This document shows, one piece after another, positions 40,471 through 54,510 of a stretch of 64,000 nt of DNA; the stretch's first letter is position 1; the number at the start of each line of letters is the position of its first letter. The notes below the pieces were generated by a model. The model saw nothing but the letters and a program-made list of their open reading frames with translations, did not search any database and was not told the DNA's origin. Source of the DNA: Chrysomallon squamiferum (lineage: Eukaryota; Animalia; Mollusca); assembly GCA_012295275.1 (NCBI GenBank), contig CM022665.1:37138001-37202000 (forward strand), written 5' to 3'. The position numbers and the translations under genes are program-made.

Positions 40471-41543
40471 ATTAAGTACCGCTGTGTAATTGTATAGTTA
40501 AGATTTGAAAAAGAAAAAAAACCCACAGAAAGAACAGTTAGCATTTATTTCTTGAAGAATGACTTTTCCAGACGTCTTCTGACACCTCTACTGCAGGTAC
40601 TCTCTGAATTGTGTGGCTGGCTCAATTCACTGACAAATACAGACGATCTTAGTTAGGAGTTTTGAGTGACAGGAAACATGACTTATCTGTCCCTCCTCCC
40701 AGATGATTTAAACTTCGCATTAACGTTTATATTCAACGTAAGATAGTACTAGACATTTACTATGCATAATAAATTACCCAACCTTATCACAGAGTTATAA
40801 TGCACTATTTTATTATGACGTCTCGTGACACCAATAAAGGTTATGGTGACAATTGTTTTCCCCTTTAATATTAAAAAGTCCCGGTGAATTCATTAACCAG
40901 ATAGTTTGCTGCTAATCATAATTATTACAAATGCATTGTTTTTGACAGCTAATAACATAAACGTTAAAGTAATTCATATCCCGATTTTTTATGGGGTTTT
41001 TTTTTTTTTTTAAATTTCCCTCCCCCCACTCTTTTATAATAACATTTATTTTTTTTTTTTTTTTTTAAAATAATTTATACCTTTTTTCCACTGGATTTGC
41101 CCCTGAATATATTAAATCATGGAATTAGACCTGTTCATGAAGCCGGTACTTCAATTCCACGAGCTGTGTTGAAAAGGCAATAAAAGAATGACAGAAAGGG
41201 TTGCGCCTTTTACGTTCATGAATAATTATTTGCTATTAACGACCATTGTTCTTTGTTTGACCGTCACTCTAGAACCGTCAGGAACCGACATGATAACAGG
41301 AAAAAGGATGAAAAAAAAATAATGACATATTTAACAGACTGGAAATAAATTTAACTGCTGAAAAGATGGCGCTCTCATCTGGTTAGTCTGCCTGGCTTTA
41401 TCTGAAATGATATCAGCCCTGTATATTTCAAGCATACAGTAATACGATTGTTTACGTGTGTACAATTATATTTCTGATTCTTGCCAAGCCATGCTTGTTT
41501 TTTTCTTTGATAATGAAACGCGGTTTCGTCTTGTAAAGCTAAA

Positions 41544-41580
41544 GCCACCACTTTTCAGAAAGTTTGGAACCGCCCCTGAC
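41544..41580 (-). mobile_element. Terminal remnant of the same MITE-like family, inverted
   Basis: The reverse complement reads GTCAGGGGCGGTTCCAAACTTTCTGAAAAGTGGTGGC, similar to 33184-33222. Confidence 0.35.
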
Positions 41581-42264
41581 TTGGGTACAAGATAAAAATG
41601 CCCTTTCCACTTTATCCTTTAACTTTTTTCTTTTTACTAGCATTGAAAATAATCTGAAAATGAACATGAACCAAATCTCCAACCAGAACAAATTGTTTGA
41701 AATCTGTTCTCATCTAATTCCTGGAGGTTTTTTTTCTTTTCTGTTTTTTTTTTTTTTTTTTTTTTTTTTATACAGCTTAGCCATGCTGGGCAGTTAAAGG
41801 AATCGCGAGTTTAACTGGGTACTCGGTATGCCCAGTGGATATGGCATTTCTAGTTTTTGTTTGGATGTTTGTGTTGGTTCGAGTACACGGTATCGGGTCA
41901 TGAGTATACACTATTTTTTTTTTTTAAATACTGGAATGCCAGTTTCGTTTGTTATGATCCCTGTTATCCTGCCAAGTCTTTAATGTTGTTGGTTTGGCAA
42001 CAGAGAGGGCCTCGTCGACATTTAAGTATATATTCCATAGGATACTTGGTGTATTTAGAGACTTGTTTAGGTATCTTGTGTCTGCAAATACGTTTCCAAG
42101 GTTGGCATTGTTAGCTATATGCACAGTTTTAGATAATCTTTTTCTATAGTTTTTACGCTAGTCTTGAAAAAGTACATTTTGTTACCGATATTTTTTGCTC
42201 CGCTAGCATTTATTTTTTGCTGGACAGATGCTTCCACAAAGTACAGACCTAGGTTTATAACATA

Positions 42265-42510
42265 CTTTTGTTATTATCAGATCTTATACGTAAAAGATAT
42301 TGCTTTTAGCTAATTGCATTCTTTTTCGTTATTAGGTCTTATACCAGATGGTTTCATAAAGATATGGTTGTTATCATATTACACGCTTTCATTATTATTA
42401 TGTGTTATAATGCACGGCACTACAAATATATTGCTATACGGTAATTATGAGCTTACGTTTTATTAGGTCTTGTACCATTTCGGTTTATAAATATATCGCT
42501 ATTAGCAGAC
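42265..42510. repeat. Decayed tandem repeat (~60-66-bp unit, TTATTAGGTCTT.TACC)
   Basis: TTATTAGGTCTTATACC at ~42329 and TTATTAGGTCTTGTACC at ~42460, with weaker copies at ~42273 and ~42395. Confidence 0.5.
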
Positions 42511-44719
42511 TGTCTGCTTATAACACCGCCAAGACAAACTTTAAACACTATTCATTTCGGTTTGATGATAATTAAGTTTTGAAATAGGTCCATTTAAACG
42601 TTTTGATGGTTTATAGAACTGTAGAATATTTATACGGAACACCTATCTTGGATCGCTTGAATTTAACAACAGGACTCAGAAAAGAAGAAAGAACAAAACT
42701 ACAACAACATTAATCAAAATAGTAATAATAATAATAATTTATAAAAAAAAAAATATATATATATTAATAATAATAATAAAAATAATAATAATAAATAAAT
42801 AATATAATAATAATAAAAACATTAAAAAAAAAAAAAAAAAATTGAGACAGTGAACGGAAACCATTTTTATTTGTAATTGTCATCGTATTTCCACCTGCCG
42901 CTTTGGCGGTCTTAGTTGCTCAACACTTTCTTCATGTTCGCTGGTGGCAGCACATTCCAGTACTTACGTGTCACCTGTCAAGTACACGAGTGTGGCACTG
43001 AACGAAGTACTTAATGACGACACTACACACAGCCAGCTGTCGACTCATGTTAAAATACCGTCAGTCTACACGTTGTGAAAGGGTCCATCTGAGCAGAAGA
43101 CGACGTCACGATGATGTGTTTATCACTTTGTGTGGTCGTCTGTTTAGCTGTATGTGTGTCACTAATGTTTATGTTTAATTATCTTACAAAACTATTACGA
43201 CCTTCTGAAACACTGGTCCAAGTTATCACCTACACTTTTTGTTTGTTTTGTTTTTTAAATCAATTTTATATTGCTTCATAATCTTGTAGTTTACCTTAAA
43301 AAATCTGTTGTTGCTGGGGGTTTTGTGGGCAGGCAGGATATTTTTTTAGAAAAAAGAGGGAAATATAGTGAAAATACATTCTGAAGTGGATAGTACCGAG
43401 CTGCAAAACCTGCCCCGTATAGGATAGAATAGTTTAAAAATGTATATATTATTATTATTACTATTACTAGAGAAGCGATTTAATTTCTCTATTCAAGATT
43501 TATCTCTATCTTTGAAGATGATGTTGTAATGAAAGACTGTGAAAGTAGCGGAAGTAATGATAGTGGTAGAAGTAGTGGTAGTTGTACTAGTGGACGTCAT
43601 AGTTATACTGGAAGTAATAGTAGTAAGACAAGTGAAGACGATAGTTGTATTAATGACAGTATCGGAACCAACTGGAGGAAAGTTATACGTATTTGCTTAC
43701 TGTGTGAGATAAACTTTATTTTCCTTCACCTTCCTAAATTCCCATTTCATCGAGAAATAAAATAATACCTTTGGGTTGAATGCATTTGAAAAGAGTTCGT
43801 AACAATGCTTGTTGGACAGTGTGTGACATTCCGTGATGTCCAGTCAAGCATTTGCAATTAGTGTCACTTAATAGACACGAGTCCTAAACTGTTTTGTACA
43901 TCATACCCAGGCGTGCTATCTCAGGTAATTATTGTGAAATTCGTATCACAGAAGAGTTCCTACACATAGGACATAAACAAGTGTTTATGTAGAAGTATTT
44001 TTCTGGTGTAAATCTTCGACTGTTATGATCTAAGCAAAGGCAGAATAAAAATAAAAATATATAACAATATTGAAGATAAAAAAAAATATCAGTGATCTCT
44101 GATCTGTTGAAAATTCATTAATTTTATTAAAATTTCCAGCAGCGTGTTGAAAATGTAAGTATATTTCTCCCCTCCCCAATAAACTGTCCTTTTAAACAAG
44201 AATACAGGTTAATCACGGTAGGACTGACTTGATACCGCTTATTGAATGTTCTTCTGTTAAAATTCATCTGAAATGATGGTTTAAATGAAAAACACACTAA
44301 CATCACTACCTTCAGTTATTAAATTAATTCCACGTGTAAAGTGCAGCGAAACGTTAAACAAAAACTCTGTTGACCTTTAACGGTGTGTAACCTTTAATAT
44401 ACCTGTATTTGTGTGCCGACAACGTATAACTTAAGTGACCCCATTACAGATAAGACTTTGTTAATTAAGGCGACCTTTAAAACAGAATCTTTCGTTGTCT
44501 TGTCTCTTTCTGTCTGTTATCCATTCATTTCTTTAATTTCTCTTTATTACCCTTCTTCGCCTCCCTTTCTCGCAGTTGCTTGTTCATTCATTCATTCATT
44601 CATTCTTTCTTTCTGTTGTCTTATACTTATCGCTCATCCCTCACCTTATCCATCCTTTTGTCTGTCTCTTCATCCATCCATTTATATATCTGCCTATATA
44701 TGTCTTGTATCTCTCTCTC

Positions 44720-44752
<33 letters not shown>

Positions 44753-45220
44753 TTCTCTCTCGACAGATTTATATATATTACAAAACAGAGCTAGAAAGAA
44801 GCAGTTTTCAGAACTGATATTGATCGAACAGAACATCTGTTTTAAACGTAATGAAGGCTACGGACGATTTCAGATGATATCTGGTGAAACTATTTACGTG
44901 CCTGGCTATTCAATGTAAACATCGAGAGAAAAGTAAACCAATCGTTTTATTCCATGTGTTGATCCGGCGTGTTGTCAATTAGTGTCACAAGTCTCCAGTT
45001 AATAGCCATGCCGCCCGCCACTCGCAGTGATGGGTACGCTTCAGATGAATGCCATTGTTAAAATGCATCCTTCGTTGACAAGATACATTTGGAGGGCTCC
45101 TTCCCCGCATACATGTTTAAACCATATACAGAATAAATTTAGGACAAAGCGATACAGGGAAAGTGTCAGTATCGTCGTATATTCACGATTGTATTAGGTT
45201 TATTTTAAAAATATTTTGTT

Positions 45221-45345
45221 ATTAGCAAAGATTGGGTTGAAGGATAAAGACAGTAATATATTTAGGTCATTCCTACATACGATTTTCTATATTACTACCA
45301 AAGATTGGGTCAGATAAAGATAAAACGGTAATATATTTAGGCCAT
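45221..45345. repeat. Tandem duplication (~73-bp spacing)
   Basis: CAAAGATTGGGT....GATAAAGA...GTAATATATTTAGG.CAT occurs twice. Confidence 0.75.
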
Positions 45346-48139
45346 ATGTACATTCCATTGTTTGGCTCTTCTCTGATATTTGCCATTCAGATGGTTTCTG
45401 CGAAGTAGGACCTACAAATGTTTATAATAATATGTCTCTGTAGTAAATGAAAACCAAACACAACATGCTGAATCATTTCTTCGAATGTCTGGTAAAATTA
45501 ACGATTCACATGGTTTTATTATTAGAACATGGAGGAACATGTCAGCACCTTCTGGAGAAAAAAATATCATATAGCCAAGACACATAGTAATTAAATCTGT
45601 AGTGTTTTATTAAGGGTTTTCACAAGAAGGAACAAATTAATTACGATACTGATCTGTTTTACAAGAACTGCGTGCTTTCAGAGATGCATTTTCCATCACC
45701 AGCTTTCAAAAATAGTGTAGATTATAGCAGATATAATACAGTGACATAGTTTTTTGTTATAGTGTATGTAGCTAAAATGTATCGCGTCTTCGTTTCGCCA
45801 TTAAATTAAATTGATATCCACACATTGTTTTATTGTGAGTAGTTATTTTAAAATTTTCATTAAGTAGAATAACATATAAAAGTGAATACTAACTTTTTAT
45901 ATGCATGTTTTGTGAAACATTTACAGTAAACTGACGTTTTTTTCTTCAGAGAATAAAATAGCTGTGTTGAAACATTTTCCGTTATTTAAAAAAAAAAAAA
46001 AAAAAAACCTTTTTAACTTTAGACCACTACTGAATTATATCAAGAGAAGATTTTTATTTCTAAACGTAACTCTGAAATTCCATTCAGTCCACGTATCTAA
46101 TACAGGGAAATGATTAACATGCTAGTCAGGGCAAGCTGTTATGTAGAGCGCCCCTCCCAGCTTCTGATTCTTGTCAGCATGTGTGTCTAGGACGGGGAAA
46201 ACTAGGCATAAACAAAATTCTATGACTAAATCTTCTCGTTTTGTCCTAAATATAGTCTTAGCTTGATGTCAACCACGCAAGGGGCTGAGGCATTGTCTTG
46301 ATATTCCTACAGCTGGTCGCCATCAATGTTCATTCTGTATATTGTTCAGCGAAACGAAAAAGAGTGTATAGGTGGAAGTATGCTTGTTCTTCGTTCTTGC
46401 GCAGAATTCTTCAGGGTTAGGCATTCCGTGAATTCTGGTCATTTCATCGTCTATTGTGGGGCAGTGGAAATCACATGGCTAAACAGGTTAAATGGGCAAA
46501 GCACCTGGTGGTAGCATTCTTCAGGTAGTTAGGCGATTGTTGATGGGGGCTAACTTACTCGAGGTGTCTGATCATGGAGAAGAATGCCTCATTTGATTGA
46601 CTGCATCTTTTAACAGGAGCGTATTACAAAAACAGCTGCTGGCGTACACCGTAGACGTAACAGGAATCTCAAACCCGTCGTTTTTCACCATGTTATTGTT
46701 ATGTTTTAAATAAGATATACTCTTCAATGGCTCTATTAATATGACATTACCTGCTCCTCTTTATAATATTTTTTTTTTTCACTATTTATTTCATGCATGG
46801 GCTGTTTTCTCACCTTGGAGATGTGTACGGCACGTTGTTGCTAACTATCCAGCCTACGAAGAAATGTTTAAAACTTTCCTGTCTTCTATTTGAGAATATG
46901 TAATTGCTTAAGACTGAAAGAGATAATTTCTTCGCTCACTGATTTTTTTTTTTTTTTTTGTTATTGTCAATTCATGGCTGTAACGAGACACTGGATAAAT
47001 CTCAAATTTTATTTCTTCAGGAGCATTAAATTAGGGACTAACACTAAATCTTTAAAGTACTGTAGTTTGAAAACTGAGTCAGCTCTGCATCTAGGGGAAG
47101 CCAGAAACATTAATACAACATATAGTAATAGCAAGTACTGCAGAAAAGAAACCCACTTACAAAAAAAAAAAAAAAAAAAAAAAAATTAAAACAAACAATC
47201 CTTTCTACAATGACAGTGTTTTGAAAGAATACACACCTCAGTTTTTATTTTACAACCTTGTAACAGGCAGGTATAAAACATCCTTTTTTACGTCAAATTA
47301 AAGGAATTTCTGTTTTATTGTCTGGGAGCACTAACCTATGAGAATGGTACTTAATAACAGACATTATCTCTTGTCAGAGAGCGAAGGAGAGAGAGACAGG
47401 GAGAAGCCATACGCAAGACCGAGGATTAAAGTCGACTGTCTGTTGACAACATGTTCAGTACTGTATTAGTGTTACGGAGAACTGCGTAATGTGTGAAGAA
47501 TTCGGTCTGGGCGTCTAGTGTTAGGTAACAGTCATGTTACAGCGTTCTGCTTAGATGATGAATTAATATCACTTGGCATGTTGTTTGCTAACGCACTGGC
47601 CTTTGATATCTTTGTTTTATCTTCTCTTAGTCGTGTAACTGAATAAGGACCAGCTACGGAAAACTTCACAGAATAAGCTATAAGATCGGTGCTTGTTGAA
47701 ACCGTTCGGGCGTAAAGACATGTATACCGTGTTAGTATCGGGTACATTCCTGTGTTGTAAGGTATTGAGAATGCTAATTATTTTACAGAATTTCCACACG
47801 TACATTCATATGACATACAATACGTAGCATTTATTCACGGTATCTTACTATAGATAGGTGTTGATATTACAGAAGCTAGATAATCTAATCTTACACTGTT
47901 ACACTATCACATCGTTTAGAACCAAACTATGTAAATTATACACCAGACCCTTTATTTTAACAAGTAAATAAAAATTTTAAATGGGAAGAAGAAAAGGCCA
48001 TAATGTTTACAAAGGAATAAAGGATAAATAAAGAAAGAAATACAAGAACGGAAACAAATAAGTAGAAAACAAAATAACAAAATAAAGAAGGAAGAACCAC
48101 AAGACGTTCACTAAATATTCAGCAAAATATTATGAGTAT

Positions 48140-48164
48140 TAATAATAATAATAATAAAAATAAA

Positions 48165-48226
<62 letters not shown>
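48140..48226. repeat. (AAT)n microsatellite
   Basis: Direct reading. Confidence 0.95.
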
Positions 48227-48228
<2 letters not shown>

Positions 48229-49094
48229 CAATGTTAATTATATTTTAAAAAAAATAAATAAAAAATAAAAAACGAAATAAATGAATGAATATATAAATAA
48301 ATAAACCACTGACATTCACCTTTCGTGCTTTTAGAGTTATTCCACGACAATCCAACACATAATTCAGTAACACAGTAGGGTGTATGTACTGAAACAGTGT
48401 ATCTACATACCAAGATGTCCGCCCATCACCTTATCAACTACAGATAAAACAATTAGTGCGTATTTTTCTACGTGTACTTCTCTTGACGAAGTTTCACAAA
48501 TTTCTTCTACCCTTTATCTGTGGGCAGTAATAAATCTTCTGAATCTTCATACATGGTTACCAATATGATTTCAAAGAGTCGAAGTTATCAGCTTATTACC
48601 TGCTTATTGCTTCTACATTGAACTTTGATAAAGCGGAGCAGAGCAACGTGCAGTATATTTATTTTAAGCCAAAACTTTAAAAATGTTAATGTATTTATTG
48701 TTAAAGCTGGTTAATGTTTTACTTCCTTTTTTCCCCCTCCTTTCTTTCCCTTAACCTGCGTCTCTTCCTCTCTTTCTCCAGTTATTACTTTTCCCCTTTC
48801 CTCCTTCCATCTATCCATTTACAAATTTCTTATTCATTCGTTCTGTGTCTTCTTTCCTCAGTCTTGTCGGCACGTCCTCTTCATGTCCGTTTCATTACCT
48901 AAGTTGTGATTTCTAAGTGTAATCAAATACAGTTAGCCTGCTTTGTGTAATCAAGGTGTCGTTTACAGAGACCCTATGTCGTATTCTTTAACATCCACCG
49001 CAAAACATAAATAAAGAACTTAGCTGTTAATTCTGTTACAGGTGCAGCGTACATCTGTGTTTACAGAGTCTGTTGGTCAATTCTTTCACTCTGC

Positions 49095-49540
49095 TTTGAT
49101 CACAGTGTTTTTAACTTTGTGAACCTACGTCGATAGTTTTGAACTATGCTTTCTGAACAATCTACATCGATAGTTTTGAACTATACTTTGCGAACTTATT
49201 TTGATCACGTTTTCCGCTCCATTTTGAATTATACTCTGTCAAGGAACGTCGAGAGTTTGAACAATTATTTCGACCTTTTGAACATAATTCAATAGATTTT
49301 TAAATTCATGACCTACTTCCATTTGAGCTATATGGGTTTTTTAAACCCATATTTATCATTTTTCGAACTATAGTCCCTGAACCTACCTCGATTATGTTTT
49401 GTGAACCCAAATCGATAAAAGTTGGAGTGAATACTGAATGGTATTGAGCTAACAAAAAATAATAATTTACAGCTTCACTTTGTGAATCTTCTTCGATCAT
49501 GGTTTATGCTATATTTCGAGAACTTTATTTGATCATGTTT
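49095..49540. repeat. Decayed minisatellite (TCGATAGTTTTGAACTAT core)
   Basis: Exact TCGATAGTTTTGAACTAT at ~49130 and ~49167, plus weaker copies. Confidence 0.6.
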
Positions 49541-51687
49541 TATTGTTAATAAGATAATGATTTGTTAATTAAAATACACCTGAAATATTTGGCGAATTTT
49601 CTGTTGAATATTCATTATGTGAAAACAATCTCGACACAGAGCCTTCTTTATTCTAACACCTGTATAGGTGTGTCAAAAATGCAGATTTAATTTTTTTAAT
49701 ATATATATCGTAAATCAAACCATAGAGAATATTTTCTCCCCACTGGAAATATTTATTAATTTTTATTATTATTCTTATTATTAAAAATTTACCAAAAACA
49801 TTCTATATAAATCCTAATGCTTTGACCTTTCAACATGCAGGGGGTAAAAAAAAAGGACAATAAAAGTGGCCATTTTGTTCCAATTGTCATTAACGGCAGG
49901 TGGCCTCGAGGCAGAATAAAACACATGTACACATTAATGGAATAAATCTGAGAGGCTCACAAAACTGCTGTTCTCATAAATTAGAACATGGATTTGCGAC
50001 AATAAAAAGCAGTGACAACCATCTTCAAAGGCTCACAGGAAATCTCCCGATATTGCCAATTCAGCCGTTTCTCGCAGAGCTTGGGCGAGACGTTTACGTG
50101 CATAATGAATCAGTTGACCGGTAATAAATGCAGGGACACACTGGGAACATGCTGTGTCCACCAGACATACACACTGTACACAAGCAGAACGCAGCGGACA
50201 TTGTCAGAGGAAGCACGGTAAACAACGTAGTTGACCATCTGCGACCGAGACAACCGAGCAATAACTGACGTATATTAATAACCTTTTTTTTTCCTTTTTT
50301 TTTTTTTTTTTTTTTTATGAATTCCTTTCGGTGCTTCTGTCCTTTTTATGCACCATGCAGGTTAAGTTTCGTATACATCAAATAAGGATTCTAACCGATT
50401 GTAGGTCCTTGGAATTTTGGGGTTTTGATTTAGTGCAGATAATTAAAATTCCAAAGCTTTTGTAAAAAGTTTGACATACAAACAAAACAGTCGACATCGA
50501 CATTTTAAATTTCTTCTAAAGAAAACAGGTGTAACTGAAGTCGATAATACATCAATAAAACAAATACAGAAACAAAAAATGAAAAATGAAATCCTTGAAA
50601 ACTAGTCCAAGCAATATGTCACACATAGTGTTAGCCTTGTGCTTGCAGATGTAATTAGCTATTGGAAGTCAACAGTTTCAAGCAAGCACACCCCACGCAG
50701 TGAGTAATAAGTATACAAGAACAGCCTTGGAATTCTATTATTTTTTAAACAAGTCTTTTTTTTTTTTTTTTTTTTTTTTAATGTATTCGTCAGCACATTT
50801 TTATAGAAAAGTGTTAAGTAAACACCCGCACGTTTTGAACCCATATTAGAAACATGATGTTACATAATTAAGAAATAACGCGTTTTAGGGTTTTTTTTTT
50901 TTTAATTTTTAATTTTTTTTTTTTTTTATTTTTTTTTTTTTTTTTTTTTTGCATGTGTATATGTATGTATTGTATGTTCGTAGATAGGTACGTACGTATG
51001 TGCTTGTGTATGTCTGGATGTAGATAGGTGTCTTTAGGCATATGTGATTGCGCATATCTAAAAACAAATTTGTATGTATTTGTTGGGTGACTGTTTAGAT
51101 GTATATGTTTTCGTCTGTTATCAAAAGCTGTTGAACTGGCTAGCTTATAATTGGCACGTAACAAAGAAATGCCTTCTGTATTAAATTTGGCGAATTTGTA
51201 TTGTAACTGGAGACAGTGGAATAACCGTATGTGTTCTGACCTCCTTGTTGACGCACACGTCGTCACTGCTGTGAGGGTCAGGAACAAAAAAAATAATAAC
51301 AGAAATCTATCCTAGCTGGTCCTCTACACATAATATACATATTATACAGGACCACCTGACAGAATACACCGGTATCGTTTGCTTCCGAACGGTCTAACGA
51401 GATGCCCCCAGAGGTTACGGGTTATTAGATCATAATTCAGAGTCGCGTTCCTCGAGTGAGCCGAACCTAATAATGGCCTTGCACGCATGTCAGACCGACA
51501 CACAGAAAACACTTTGACCAGTGTGTTTGTCAATGTGCTTCTAGTGACGCGTGATCCAGTCCTTTGATAAACGCGTTTATTAAGATGAACCATCACGTTT
51601 TAGGTGTATTATATACAAAATGCCAGACCGTGGTGTTTTATTAGCGATTACAAAGGCTGTTGTGTAACCGATTAATTTCAGGAAGTG

Positions 51688-51808
51688 TCTGTCTGCCTGT
51701 CTGTCTCTGTCTCTGTCTCTGTCTCTGTCTCTGTCTCTGTCTCTGTCTCTGTCTCTGTCTCTGTCTGTCTGTCTCTGTCTCAGTCTCTGTCTCTGTCTCT
51801 GTCTGTGT
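51688..51808. repeat. (TCTGTC)n hexanucleotide microsatellite
   Basis: Direct reading. Confidence 0.95.
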
Positions 51809-52969
51809 CAGAGCGAAGTTTAATCTAACTTTTTTGTTCTGATTTTCGAGATATTAATTTTATTATGAAGGCATAAAAAGAGGAATACTGGGTCCAGTAC
51901 ATCCTTGATCTGTCGGAGTTTCTTCACGCCGGTTACATAAAGCTAAACAGGACAAGCCACCAATTCACTTCTCCAACGACATACGTTATTATTTTGTTTC
52001 AAGTTGTGCGCTAAGTTAAAACGAATAGCTCGGCGAAGCGATCCCATTTCAAAATGTTTTGCACCTTTCGCGGGTTCATGAGGTCAAAAGTGACAACCAG
52101 CTATCATGTATTAAGCAGCATTGTGTAATTTCAATGATTCTCGAATGGCGTGACACGTTTAACACCATTGCCTCTCCAGAAATTGCGAGTTACGGTTAAA
52201 CTGGGGGAGATAGTATCACCGGGGTTAGGTATATCCGTGCAACACACTTCTAATGGCTACTGCATGCCTTTGAAACGCGGATATTTGTTGTTGTGTAGCC
52301 GTGAAAATCAACCGTTGAGATCGACGTTTCGTAGACCGGAGGCGCCATGTTGATCCCTGATAATGAAGGTTTAAATGAAAATATTGTTTGTCTAACATAC
52401 ATCATATATATTATTATAGTAATAACGAAACTGATTGTACTATTTGCGTACATTTATCTTTGTAAGAGAAGTATATGTCAATTTTGTTTGGATTATTTAT
52501 TTATTACTTAAAGAAAAACAAGTTATTTTAGGAGCGTGATTGCAGATTAGTGGGAGATTTTGAAGGTTTTTTTTAGGGGACAGGCCAATATTCGTTTTTT
52601 CAGAGTCTTTGGGATTTATTTTATTTTATTTTTGAAGGGCGTAAATAAATATTTCAGTTGAAGTCTTCTTTCATATTTTGAATTAAACAGGAAATAAGCA
52701 ATTAATTATATTGATTAAAATGAATGTTAAGTAAAAGAACATGGACAGTAGGTATATATCAAGATAAATAATTTAAATAATATGATAATTATAAAATTTA
52801 AATAATTTAAATAAATATATAAAAGAATGGACTACGATTTAAGAAAAGCCGGTTTCGACAACCAATTTTTCCATTAAGGAAAAACATATACAACATACAA
52901 AAATGAAATAGAAATAAAACCATGAAAATACAAATAATAATAATAATAATAATAAACATATATGTTTAT

Positions 52970-53465
52970 GTATTATTACCGATAATACCTTGACCACTGC
53001 TATCACCATTAGTCCTACAACCACTTTTAATTCTACTACTACTATCACCATGACAACCACAACTATTACTACCACTACTGCTACAATCACGGTTGTACCT
53101 CTACCATCCTCAGTAACACCATTACAACTTCCACCATAATTCCAGTGCTACTGCAGCTGCTGCTGATACTACGTAACTATCACCAGTCCACTGCTGTTGC
53201 AACTACAGCCACCACCATCATTCCTACTTATACACAACTACTATCACCACAAACATTCCAGTGCTACTCCAACTACTATAATTTTATAATCGGTATTACC
53301 ACCACCATTCTGTATTACTATAACTAGTGCTGATCTACAGCACTACTATCACGACTACCACCACCACCATTGCTGATACTACCACACAACCACCACCACC
53401 ATTACCACTCAACTATTACTACTGCAACTACTGGTGATACTACTATACAACCACCACCACGACTA
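52970..53465. repeat. Compound trinucleotide tract (ACC/ACT)
   Basis: Direct reading. Confidence 0.8.
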
Positions 53466-54254
53466 CGTCTCGAAATCATCGACTTCTCGAGATCGTATGA
53501 CAAATCTCGTTTCTTCATTTCACCAGAAGAGTTCTCAGTGTTCAGTGATTGTGACAAACTGCACTCAAAAGATTATTATTCTGAAGAATGTGAATCGATA
53601 TGTTTATAAACTGGATTACGTTCATACAACACAATTACTTGCAGATTGTTGCACTTACGTAAGGGGTGAAAAGATCCTCTACGTGTATTTTTTTTTTTTT
53701 TTTTTAAAGAAAAAAAAAAAAAAACGAAACAAAGGATTTACACTTGACTGAAAGGTAACTGACGTGTGAGAAAAGTCATACTGATATGGTCTATAATTAT
53801 TGTTGATCGTTATTTCAAAAATGTACAGAGTCATGCATATAATTATACATACACGTTTTCTTCTATTTCATGTTCTTTGTCCACACATCAACGGTAGTGA
53901 ACATGGACTGTTATAGTAATTAATATTTTTCACTTCTTTTGGAAACAAAAGTCTAGAAGTTTGATTGTAAAATGTTACATAAAAATAATAACTTAAAAAG
54001 GAATTTTAAAATTAAAAGTTTGGCAATCTTTCGACACGTAGATCAAAGTATGTTGCATACGATGATGATGGAGATAATTATGATAAATAAACATGCAAGT
54101 AAAAAGATGAACAATGCATTTCAAGTATCTTGTATAGTGGTTGAATGTTGCCACTCTATTCCACTGAGAGAATGAATGATTATTTAAAGAAACCTCTCTA
54201 CTTTTTAATAATAACGTTCATTTATGTTAATCGTACATTTCTTTATGGTGATGA

Positions 54255-54510
54255 TGATACAAAAGAAAAACCTGCTATCGCCATTCCATGGAACGAACAG
54301 ACGAATGAATAAATGAATATTTAAAGAAGTCGTAGGTGCTGGTCATAATTATAATTTCATAGTTTACAATAAATTTGGTCAACACTGCATTACGGTTTAT
54401 TTTCGTGAATTACCAGCAAGGGATTTTTTTTTACATGTACTGAACAGGGTTCCGCAATATGATACTAGTAATTAAGTGACTGTACTGGGTCTGGAAAGTA
54501 GGTCGAGTAG
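54255..54510 (-). mobile_element. Degenerate SINE fragment(s), reverse orientation
   Basis: GAAAAACCTGCTATCGCCATTCCATGG and ATTACCAGCAAGGGATTTTTTTTTACATGTAC motifs of the family. Confidence 0.45.

Noticed and set aside
50012-50221. Cys-containing ORF as the possible missing CRIM1 exon
   Set aside because: The available acceptor (50077) and donors do not give a stop-free phase 1-1 exon, and the Cys spacing does not match.
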